DNA of 20,300 nt from Candidatus Nanohaloarchaea archaeon (lineage in GTDB: Archaea > Nanohalarchaeota > Nanosalinia > Nanosalinales > Nanosalinaceae). Of this stretch, positions 8,287 to 15,916 are shown piece by piece; the stretch's first letter is position 1; each line of letters begins with the position of its first letter. A model generated the notes under the pieces. It searched no databases. It had not been told where the DNA came from and saw nothing but the letters and a program-made list of their open reading frames with translations. A program made the position numbers and the translations under genes. The DNA is taken from contig JBKHHG010000013.1 of the NCBI GenBank assembly GCA_046539225.1, positions 1 to 20,300 of the forward strand, in the 5' to 3' direction.

Positions 8287-8943
8287 ATGCAGTATGATGC
8301 AGTTATTTTTGATATGGATGGTGTGATCCTGGATTCAGGCCTGAACAATTTTCAGTGGATGGATCAGATTCGGCGGAAGAAGGCCTCGCAGCTGGGATAT
8401 GATTACTCTGAGGATGATGCGATCCAGGTGGTGGGTGCCACGCAGATGTCTGAGCTGAAGGAGTTGATGGAGAGGAAAGAGATGTCCTTAAAGGAGGTCA
8501 AGGAGGTGGAGCAAAGGGTTCAGAACGCCAAGATCAGCCTGATCGAGCACGGGGCCATAAGGCTTTTCCCGGAGACTGAAAAAGTTTTAAGGGGGCTTGA
8601 CAGGCCTGTAGGCCTTGCGACCAACTCTCCGCGGAACACGGCCAGGTTCACGCTCCGGTACTTCGGCATCATGGATCTCTTCGATTCTTTCCAGGCCCTG
8701 CCTCTAAACGATCTTGAAAGCTACGTTGGAAGGAAGAAGCCTCATCCCTTCCTGCTGAACAACGCGATTGAAGAGCTTGAAGCCGAGAACCCTGTGATGG
8801 TGGGCGACACAAGGACCGATGTGAAGGCGGCGGAGAACGCGGGAATTGACTCTGTACTTGTTGAAACCTACTCGAAACACGACCACCTTGAACCCACGCA
8901 CAGGATCAGAAATATCGCCGAACTTAATTCATTGCTGAAATAA
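8287..8943 (+). CDS. HAD-superfamily hydrolase (phosphoglycolate phosphatase-like, subfamily IA)
   Basis: FDMDGVILDS (motif I), ATNS (II), KKPHP (III), VGDTRTD (IV). Confidence 0.92.
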   Translation: MQYDAVIFDMDGVILDSGLNNFQWMDQIRRKKASQLGYDYSEDDAIQVVGATQMSELKELMERKEMSLKEVKEVEQRVQNAKISLIEHGAIRLFPETEKVLRGLDRPVGLATNSPRNTARFTLRYFGIMDLFDSFQALPLNDLESYVGRKKPHPFLLNNAIEELEAENPVMVGDTRTDVKAAENAGIDSVLVETYSKHDHLEPTHRIRNIAELNSLLK

Positions 8944-8995
8944 GGCCTCTGTTACCACCAAAAAGTTAAAAAGAACTGTCTTTTCTTTTCTCTTT

Positions 8996-9688
8996 ATGAC
9001 TGAAGAAAACCAGGAATCTGAAGCCGCGTCCGAGGAAGAAGCCGAAACGCCTGAAGAGGATGAGGCCTCCGAAGAGGTAGAAGAGTCGCAGCCAGAAGAA
9101 TCTGATTCTGAACCTGAGGAAGGCCTCGAGGAGTTAAAAGACGCGATGCTTGAAAACTCGGAGGAGTACTACGGCTCCGTAGAGGAGCTTTACGCCGATG
9201 CAGAGTCCCTGGATAGTATAGACCAGTACTTTGACAGACCTCAGGGGTTTGATCCGGGTGAGGAAGGCCTTGAAGGCTATCTGGCGGTGGAAGACACCGA
9301 AACACTTCTGATAGGAGATAAGACCGCGGAGGATCTTGACGCGGAGCTTGAAGCCGTTGACGAAGCCCTGGAGTCCGACGAAGGCCTTATGGAAAGCCTG
9401 ATGGATAAACTCAAGAGCTACACCGATATACTCAGGCCTGAGGACAGGTGGGACTGGACGATGTACGGAGGTGCCGCACTCGGAGTTGGAGGCCTTGTGC
9501 TGGGTTCGCCTCTCGCCCTGGGAACAGGCCTATTAATCGAAGGCCTGGGTGTTGCTGGAAGCCTTTACAGCCGGGATGAACCTGTTCAGGAAGAAAGTGA
9601 AGATGAAGAAGATTACGATCTTGGAATGCTTGACGAGATCTCGGGTTACAAGGTCCGGGTCATCGACGAGGAAACCGTACCAGAGTAA
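8996..9688 (+). CDS. Very acidic hypothetical membrane protein
   Basis: 230 aa, E/D-rich, with a Gly/Leu hydrophobic hairpin (GGAALGVGGLVLGSPLALGTGLLIEGLGVAGSL). AAAAGTTAAAAA about 30 nt upstream. Confidence 0.75.
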   Translation: MTEENQESEAASEEEAETPEEDEASEEVEESQPEESDSEPEEGLEELKDAMLENSEEYYGSVEELYADAESLDSIDQYFDRPQGFDPGEEGLEGYLAVEDTETLLIGDKTAEDLDAELEAVDEALESDEGLMESLMDKLKSYTDILRPEDRWDWTMYGGAALGVGGLVLGSPLALGTGLLIEGLGVAGSLYSRDEPVQEESEDEEDYDLGMLDEISGYKVRVIDEETVPE

Positions 9689-9724
9689 GGCCTACATAAA
9701 AAATTCGCATCCCGATTCTCGAAC

Positions 9725-10708
9725 ATGACTGGCAAAAACCAATGCAGTAAATGCGACAATGAAGCAGTAATCTTCCGGGATCACGAGGGGAGAGGCCTCT
9801 GCAAAAAACATTTCTCTATCGACATCAACAAGAAGGTGAAGCAGACCGTCCGGAAAGGCGACATGGTCAACTCCGGCGACACGATAGCAGTAGGCCTCTC
9901 CGGAGGTAAAGACTCGGCGGTGATGCTGGAGCAGCTTGTTGAAATATTCGGCGACAGGCCTGACATCGAGATAATCGGAGTCGCAGTACATGAAGGAATC
10001 GACGAGTACCGGGATGAATCAATCTCCGCGGCTGAAGAACTCTGCGAAGAACTCGGTGTCGATCTCAAAGTCGGAAGATACAGCGACTACTACGACCTGA
10101 AGATGGACGATGTCGCGGACGCGGGAGAAAAAGGCAACTGCACATACTGCGGTATCCTGAGACGCGACATCCTGAACCGGCTCTGCCGCGAGGTCGACGC
10201 CGACAAACTCGCGATAGGCCACAACCTTGACGACGAGGCCCAGAGCATCCTGATGAACCATATCAAAGGCGACATGAACCGGATGGCAAGAATAGGCCCA
10301 AAGAAAGACCCTGTAGACCACGAAAAATTCGTGCCGAGGATCAAACCTTTACGGGACCTGATGGAAAAAGAGATCGCCCTCTACTCAAGGCTTCACAACC
10401 TCGGCGTCATCGACCGTTGCCCGCATGTGGAAGAAGGCGCGCTCAGGCCTATGGTGAAATCCTTCATCAACAAGCTGGAGTCAGAGATGCCGGGCATCAA
10501 GTACTCAATAGTCTCACAGGGCCGGGAAATCTCAGACCTTGTAGAGCAGGACATCGACTGGAAAGACGACAACAACCAGATAGAAACATGTGAAAGATGC
10601 GGAGAACCATGCAGCGGAGGCCTCTGCCGCAAATGCCAGCTCCTCGACGAGTTGAAGACCGCGGCCGACAGTTCAGATAAGCACGGCTTCAGGATGGAAC
10701 AGGAATAA
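9725..10708 (+). CDS. ttuA: tRNA 2-thiolation protein TtuA/Ncs6 (TIGR00269-like)
   Basis: N-terminal CxxC...CxxH zinc finger, SGGKDS PP-loop, CTYCGILRR, GHNLDDEAQS, RIKPL, CPH, C-terminal CERCG...LCRKC. Confidence 0.9.
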   Translation: MTGKNQCSKCDNEAVIFRDHEGRGLCKKHFSIDINKKVKQTVRKGDMVNSGDTIAVGLSGGKDSAVMLEQLVEIFGDRPDIEIIGVAVHEGIDEYRDESISAAEELCEELGVDLKVGRYSDYYDLKMDDVADAGEKGNCTYCGILRRDILNRLCREVDADKLAIGHNLDDEAQSILMNHIKGDMNRMARIGPKKDPVDHEKFVPRIKPLRDLMEKEIALYSRLHNLGVIDRCPHVEEGALRPMVKSFINKLESEMPGIKYSIVSQGREISDLVEQDIDWKDDNNQIETCERCGEPCSGGLCRKCQLLDELKTAADSSDKHGFRMEQE

Positions 10709-10733
10709 AAACCAGAAGGTAATACAGTATATT

Positions 10734-11699
10734 ATGAAAGCTGTTGTACTTTCTGGAGGCCATGCTACGAGGCTGTGGCCGGTTACAAAGGATCGTGCAA
10801 AACCTCTTCTGCCGCTCGGGGAAAGGCCTATCATCGACTATATTGTCGAGGAGATGGAGGATTTCGATGAGGTTCTTATCTCGACCAATGAAAAGTTTGC
10901 GGAAGACTTTGAAGAGTATATAGAGTTAGCAGGTTATGATAATGTCCGGGTGGTTGTAGAGGAGCAGGACAGCGAGGACGAAAAACCAGGTACTATCGGC
11001 GCAATCATCAATATTCTCAACCAGGAGGAGATCGAAGACGATCTCTTGATCATCGGCGGCGACAACTACTACAGCTTCTCCATCCAGGACTTCGTTGATT
11101 TTTCAACGAAGAAAGACGCGCCTACAAACGTCGTATTCGATGTAAACGATCTGGCGAAGGCCTCAAGCTTTGGAATCGTTGACACAGAAGAGGAGGAGAT
11201 CGTGGCTTTCGAGGAGAAACCCGAGGAGCCGCCGTCAACCCTTGCATCAACCGCGTGCTACTTCTACCCGGAGGAAGAACTCGATCTTTTCCACAGATAC
11301 GAGGAACATTTCAGGGAAAATACTGATATTCCAGAGGACCAGTTCCTTGACGAGCCCGGCAGACTGATTGAATGGGCCCACAAAGAGACCGATATGTACG
11401 CATTCAGCTTCGATGGAGAGTGGCACGACGTCGGAACACCTGAAGGTTATCTCGATGCCCAGGCCTCTGTAATAGATGAAGAAATAGTGAAGGGAGAGGT
11501 AGAGAACTCCGAACTAAACGACAACGTCTTCATAATGGAAGGTTCAAAGGTCAAAGACTCGGAGCTTGAAAACGTTATCGTGTTCCACGACACAGAGATA
11601 GAAAACTGCGAGATAAGGAACTCGATCATCGACAACAACTGCGAACTCGAAGAAGCAGACCTCAACGACGCGATAATCGGGGAACACACATCAATGTAG
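10734..11699 (+). CDS. Sugar-phosphate nucleotidyltransferase (NDP-sugar synthase) with C-terminal beta-helix repeats
   Basis: VVLSGGHATRLWP, KPLLPLG, GDN, FEEKP, WHDVGT, then hexapeptide-like repeats. Confidence 0.9.
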   Translation: MKAVVLSGGHATRLWPVTKDRAKPLLPLGERPIIDYIVEEMEDFDEVLISTNEKFAEDFEEYIELAGYDNVRVVVEEQDSEDEKPGTIGAIINILNQEEIEDDLLIIGGDNYYSFSIQDFVDFSTKKDAPTNVVFDVNDLAKASSFGIVDTEEEEIVAFEEKPEEPPSTLASTACYFYPEEELDLFHRYEEHFRENTDIPEDQFLDEPGRLIEWAHKETDMYAFSFDGEWHDVGTPEGYLDAQASVIDEEIVKGEVENSELNDNVFIMEGSKVKDSELENVIVFHDTEIENCEIRNSIIDNNCELEEADLNDAIIGEHTSM

Positions 11700-11713
11700 G
11701 CCTGAACCCTGCC

Positions 11714-11734
11714 TTTACTTTTTCTCTTTTCTCT
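11714..11734 (+). terminator. Putative oligo-T archaeal terminator
   Basis: T-rich tract 15 nt after the 11699 stop, in a convergent gap facing the 5S gene. Confidence 0.45.
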
Positions 11735-11777
11735 ATAAACCCGCAATCTTTAGTTGAATTAGAGAAGTAAAAACAAG

Positions 11778-11886
11778 TGGCGACGTCCTGAGTGTCCCGC
11801 CAAAGGCAGTACTGCTCAGATCGCTGAGGGACTTTACTTCCGTGTTCGGAATGGGTACGGGTGTAACCCCCTCGCTATGGTCGCCA
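11778..11886 (-). rRNA. rrf: 5S rRNA (stand-alone, about 109 nt; ends approximate)
   Basis: Reverse complement TGGCGACCATAGCGAGGGGGTTACACCCGTACCCATTCCGAACACGGAAGTAAAG...AGTACT...GGGA...GTCGCCA contains the universal CCCAT.CCGAAC.C.GAAGT motif and helix I TGGCGAC/GTCGCCA. Confidence 0.93.
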
Positions 11887-11910
11887 ACAAGGAAGAAGTA
11901 GGCCTGAACT

Positions 11911-11919
11911 CTTTTAAAG
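11911..11919 (-). promoter_or_regulatory. TATA box of the 5S rRNA gene
   Basis: CTTTAAAAG on the minus strand, 25-33 nt upstream of the 5S 5' end. Confidence 0.6.
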
Positions 11920-11971
11920 GAAAGGAAGTCTTGCTGAAAAGTTAAATACCAGCGAGGCCCACACCAACGTA

Positions 11972-12460
11972 ATGAGCAAAGGCCCGAACCTTGTGAAAAG
12001 CCTGGAGCAGATGCCAAAAATTGATGCGTTGGCGATCGGTGCACTCGGCCTGAATATCTATATAGTATTCCAGCTTTCAGGCCTCAGCCTTCAGGACTTG
12101 ATGGAGCCGATGGCAAGCGAAGCCGTCACAGTAATCCAGGTCTCAGGCCTTGTAGCACTCCTCTACCTTGTAGAGTTTATGGGTGATGAGGAAGATAACT
12201 CGAGAAATACCTTCGCCTCTTCGAGCAGCGACGAAGGCTTTTTAGGCTGGATAGCAGGCCTTGCAGAGGGCTCCAAAGTCGTGGACGCTGTAAGTATCGC
12301 CGCGGTTTTCCTCGGCTACAACTATATCAGCCAGAACGCAGGCTACGGAGCAAGTATCACCGAGTTATCAATGAATCCCGAGGTTATCGCTATGCAGCTC
12401 AGCGTTTTGATGATGTTGAACTTTGGAATCTTCCTGATATCGGACCTGATGAGCAGTTAA
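11972..12460 (+). CDS. Hypothetical four-TM membrane protein with internal repeat
   Basis: Four hydrophobic segments in two similar halves. GTTAAATA about 30 nt upstream. Confidence 0.75.
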   Translation: MSKGPNLVKSLEQMPKIDALAIGALGLNIYIVFQLSGLSLQDLMEPMASEAVTVIQVSGLVALLYLVEFMGDEEDNSRNTFASSSSDEGFLGWIAGLAEGSKVVDAVSIAAVFLGYNYISQNAGYGASITELSMNPEVIAMQLSVLMMLNFGIFLISDLMSS

Positions 12461-12464
12461 GGCT

Positions 12465-12869
12465 TTAATCCTCCGCAAGTATAGGCTCGGGGTATTCCTG
12501 GGCTACCTCACTGTAAATCCTTTCCAGATCATTTTCAACTTTGTTTTGGAGATTCCCGGGCTTGCCTGATGCAGGGCTTCTCAACACTTTAACGCCTAAA
12601 TCCTCGGAGTCAAGTCCAAGGCCTGAACCGTTCTCCATAAACTCCACCATAACTCTCCAGGGCTCCGAACTTGCTAAAACGACTTTTCCCGCCTCCCCGT
12701 CAGACTCTACCGAGGCGATGTTGTAGTCTTTTTCCAATGCATAGGTTTCAAAGGCCTCAGCCACGTCTTCAGGCAGTTCTTCATATAGAGCCCTGGGGCT
12801 CTCAAATCCTATGGCGGCGTTTGGGTTTCGATCGGTGTAGGAGTTCTGTCCGTTCCGTTCTGTATCCAT
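12465..12869 (-). CDS. Hypothetical acidic protein
   Basis: 134-aa ORF with host-like composition and TTTAAAA about 27-33 nt upstream. Confidence 0.7.
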   Translation of the reverse strand: MDTERNGQNSYTDRNPNAAIGFESPRALYEELPEDVAEAFETYALEKDYNIASVESDGEAGKVVLASSEPWRVMVEFMENGSGLGLDSEDLGVKVLRSPASGKPGNLQNKVENDLERIYSEVAQEYPEPILAED

Positions 12870-12930
12870 AACACAACGTATTACGATGTATTACCTTTTA
12901 AAGGTTGGTGACCCCAAACAGAAAACAGGC

Positions 12931-13332
12931 TTAAAGAGTTTTGATAAGCTCCTCAAACCTTCCCTCTGGAATCCTTGAGGAGACCAGTCCATCCATGTAG
13001 AAGCCGCAGCCCAGGACTCGATCTTCATACTTCAACGCGACATAGCCCTTGGACTCCATATCTCTCTGGATCATCCCCCCTTCCTCCAGTACTTCAAGCT
13101 CCTCTCCTGAAATATTCACAACGTTTTTCTCAAGTTCAGGGCCTAAAAGCTGGAGGAAGTAAGTGGTCGGCTTAAGGCCTATATTCATTTCTCTGACCGC
13201 TCTGATCCCGTTGGTCTCATACTTTTTGTCGGGTTGGCGGCAGTACCAGTAATCCCCATTATAGTAGAACTCTCCTTCAGGCTCGACGCCAAACCTTTCA
13301 TTCAAGTAGTTTCTAACATTTGAATCTGGCAA
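12931..13332 (-). CDS. PUA-like protein resembling the RsmF/NOL1-NOP2 C-terminal region
   Basis: YLNERFG, GIRAVR, KPTTYFLQLLG..L.KNVV.I, GYVALKY..RVLGCG....G.VSSRIP. Start uncertain: TTG 13332 has a G-rich SD-like run upstream, whereas the track start at 13434 overlaps the methyltransferase gene by 122 nt. Confidence 0.7.
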   Translation of the reverse strand: MPDSNVRNYLNERFGVEPEGEFYYNGDYWYCRQPDKKYETNGIRAVREMNIGLKPTTYFLQLLGPELEKNVVNISGEELEVLEEGGMIQRDMESKGYVALKYEDRVLGCGFYMDGLVSSRIPEGRFEELIKTL

Positions 13333-14188
13333 CGTACATCCCCCCGCTCTGCAGATGATGCGGGTAAATCCTGACAGTTTTTCCCATTTCCTCACCGAAC
13401 TCAAGGTTTTGAAAACTTTCAAGGCCTCTATCATGCCTAAACCCTAACTCTATCCTTTCAAGCTCCACAGCATTATTTTTCAAGGCCTCTGAAACCACGT
13501 TTTCATTCTCTATCGGAGAAAAAGTACAGGTCGAGTAAACCACTACACCATCGTTTTTGACAAGTGAGAAGGCCTTCTCCAGCAGATCCAGCTGTAACCG
13601 GGCTAAATCCTTCGACTCCTGTTCAGAGGCCCTCTCCTCCTCTTCTCGACGACAGTTGTTTCCCTCGCCTGAGCACGGCGCGTCCACGAGAACCCTGTCA
13701 AAACTTCTGTCCTCAGGGATTCTTCTGCCGTCCTTATTCAATGCGTTGACGGAGAATGCGCCGGTCCTGTAGATGTTAGCGTGGAGGCTTTTCATCCTCT
13801 GCCCCGACTTCTCATTCGCAACTACGAGGCCTTTATTATCCATCCTGTCAGCGATCTGCGTCGTCTTTCCGCCTGGCGCGGCGCACATATCCAGGACTTT
13901 CTCTCCAGGCCTCGGATCCAGAACGTCCACAGGGACTGCGGCGGACTCCTCCTGAACGTAGTACTCGCCGCGCCAGTGAAGCATCGACTTCCCCGGCTTC
14001 TTCTCGTTCTTCAACCTGTAAATCCTGTCGTTCCACGAGGCCTTTTCAAAATCAAAGTCTCCCGCCAGTCTATCTTCAAAATCTTCTCCCGATTTCAGAT
14101 CGTTTCTCCTGATAGTTGAAATAGGTTCTTTCCCGCATTCCTGTTTGAAGGCCTCGAAATCCGGGATCACAGATCTGTACTTCTCCAT
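13313..14188 (-). CDS. RsmB/NOL1/NOP2 (NSUN) family RNA m5C methyltransferase
   Basis: YYVQEESA, VLDMCAAPGGKT, VLVDAPCSGEG and YSTCT, with both catalytic cysteines present. Confidence 0.93.
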   Translation of the reverse strand: MEKYRSVIPDFEAFKQECGKEPISTIRRNDLKSGEDFEDRLAGDFDFEKASWNDRIYRLKNEKKPGKSMLHWRGEYYVQEESAAVPVDVLDPRPGEKVLDMCAAPGGKTTQIADRMDNKGLVVANEKSGQRMKSLHANIYRTGAFSVNALNKDGRRIPEDRSFDRVLVDAPCSGEGNNCRREEEERASEQESKDLARLQLDLLEKAFSLVKNDGVVVYSTCTFSPIENENVVSEALKNNAVELERIELGFRHDRGLESFQNLEFGEEMGKTVRIYPHHLQSGGMYVARFKC

Positions 14189-14218
14189 AAACTAAAATTA
14201 CTGGGATAAGTTAAAAAC

Positions 14219-14758
14219 TCAAACTTTTGTAGTATGACCTAACCGTTTTTGGATATATTCCCAGTTATCGTCTGTACGGCCTAAAAAAAGACTTGCTAAC
14301 TCCTCGCCGTTTTTCGAAGCTGTAACCTTGACGCTTTCATGACTTCTTTCTTCATCAGGCCTAATGTCGGCGACAACCTCGTAACTGGCTTCTCCATCTA
14401 CAGGCAAGACATACCTTCTGAAGCCATCTTTTAGGTCGTCTTTCCTTCCCAGAAAAGGTTCGATCCCGGAGGCAGGATAATCACCTGACTCCAATCTTTC
14501 AGTAGTATCCGATTTTTCAATCCCTGTCACTGTCTCCGCAATAAAACTTTCTCCCTGGAAACTGTAGCCACTGCTTGCCTCACCGCCGTAAATACATAGA
14601 AGCGGCTTAGGCTTAATTCCTCTCTCTTTCCGAGAGAACGGTAAATTAAAGACTACTCCGTAAAGGCCTGAAGCATCTTCTATATCCGATACTCTGTAGG
14701 CCTTGACATCTTCACGTTCAGGTTTAATAGGCTCCTGACCGGCTATAGGTAGAGTCAC
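14219..14758 (-). CDS. Hypothetical protein
   Basis: 179-aa ORF with GTG start filling the gap, ATTTAAG about 25-30 nt upstream; no family recognised. Confidence 0.65.
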   Translation of the reverse strand: MTLPIAGQEPIKPEREDVKAYRVSDIEDASGLYGVVFNLPFSRKERGIKPKPLLCIYGGEASSGYSFQGESFIAETVTGIEKSDTTERLESGDYPASGIEPFLGRKDDLKDGFRRYVLPVDGEASYEVVADIRPDEERSHESVKVTASKNGEELASLFLGRTDDNWEYIQKRLGHTTKV

Positions 14759-14796
14759 TACCTGAAAATTACAACCAACTCTTAAATCTTTGAACT

Positions 14797-15363
14797 CTAC
14801 AACTCATCCAGTTTCTGCTGGCCCGACTCTTCTTTACCAAAGGCCTTTCTCAGGTCTTTCTCCAGTTCCGGTGTCTTTGAGCGGTCGTACAGGGTTGCGG
14901 CAGGATGGAATACCGGCATGATTTTCTGGCCTTTTCTCGAGAAGATACGTCCGTGTATCTGGCTTATACCCTTTTCTGTATCCAGGATGTGGCGGGATGG
15001 AAAGTTACCTAAAGTAATTATAATCTCGGGATTCACATCCTTGATCTCTTCTTCAAGCAGCGGCGCCCAGGCCTCTATCTCCTTCTTTTTCGGGTCTCGG
15101 TTGTCCGGAGGCCTGACCTTTACAAGGTTTGTGATGTAGAGCTCAGAGCGTTCCACGCCGATGTCATGTAGAATGTCGTTCATTTTTTCTCCGGCTCTTC
15201 CGACGAACGGTTCTCCCTGTTCCACCTCGTCAGCGCCTGGTGCCTCGCCTACAAGCATGTAATCGGTTTCTTCAAGGCCTACAGCCGGGACGAAACGTTC
15301 CTCGTCAAAGTGGTTGGGGTGAAGAGTGTCGAAGAAGTCCTGATACTTTTCACGGAACTCCAT
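14797..15363 (-). CDS. udg: Uracil-DNA glycosylase, family 4
   Basis: VGEAPG..E...[34 protein letters not shown]. Confidence 0.92.
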   Translation of the reverse strand: MEFREKYQDFFDTLHPNHFDEERFVPAVGLEETDYMLVGEAPGADEVEQGEPFVGRAGEKMNDILHDIGVERSELYITNLVKVRPPDNRDPKKKEIEAWAPLLEEEIKDVNPEIIITLGNFPSRHILDTEKGISQIHGRIFSRKGQKIMPVFHPAATLYDRSKTPELEKDLRKAFGKEESGQQKLDEL

Positions 15364-15441
15364 AGATACTTCACCGCTGGAAAATTTTTTACCGTTACGG
15401 GCAGCGGTTTATGTCTAATGTTTTGAAAGTTGAATGTTTCC

Positions 15442-15894
15442 ATGGATTTCGATGAGTGGGAAAAAGCACTGGAGAAAACCGGGGAAAGTATCGGCTTCTC
15501 CGGTATCAGGCCTTACCAGGAGATTGACCGGTTTGAAAATATTTCCCTTGAGGAGTACTACGCGGCCTCTACAGTCCTTACATTCCTGAAGTACTCGGAA
15601 ACAGCCGGGGCAGAGAAAGAGGTGGAGACCGCGGTCAGAGGAGTGGAAAAGTTCCGTGATCGAGGCCTCATAGGAGAGAAAGTAGGCGAATTTGCGGGAG
15701 ACATGGAGAACTCTCCGGTGTTCCTGGGCTGCGCCGAAAGAGATCCGTATATTCCCAAAAAGCGGGTGGACGAGACGGAAGAAGTATTCCAAGGCCTTAA
15801 CGCAGAAGTAGAAAAATACATTTTCGAGGGCTCTCAGCACGGTATCACAGGCCATGAAATAGAGAAGGCCTCAGAGCTGATAGAAACTCTATAA
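15442..15894 (+). CDS. Protein with the C-terminal half of a phospholipase/carboxylesterase (alpha/beta hydrolase); possibly chimeric or a remnant
   Basis: GLIG...GD...PVFLGC..RDPYIP..RV.ET..VF..LNAEV...IFEG..HGI...EI matches the family C-terminus with the Asp and His of the triad. The N-terminal HGRG and GFSQG motifs are absent. ATG 15442 has TTTATG about 30 nt upstream. Confidence 0.65.
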   Translation: MDFDEWEKALEKTGESIGFSGIRPYQEIDRFENISLEEYYAASTVLTFLKYSETAGAEKEVETAVRGVEKFRDRGLIGEKVGEFAGDMENSPVFLGCAERDPYIPKKRVDETEEVFQGLNAEVEKYIFEGSQHGITGHEIEKASELIETL

Positions 15895-15916
15895 CCCTGT
15901 TATTTTTTAGGCTGAG

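Noticed and set aside
8996..9130. GAA/GAG-rich low-complexity tracts (also 7440-7560 and 5160-5220)
   Set aside because: Explained by acidic protein tails typical of halophiles; no fixed DNA repeat unit.
11733..12044. 103-aa minus-strand ORF
   Set aside because: It is a translation through the 5S rRNA gene.
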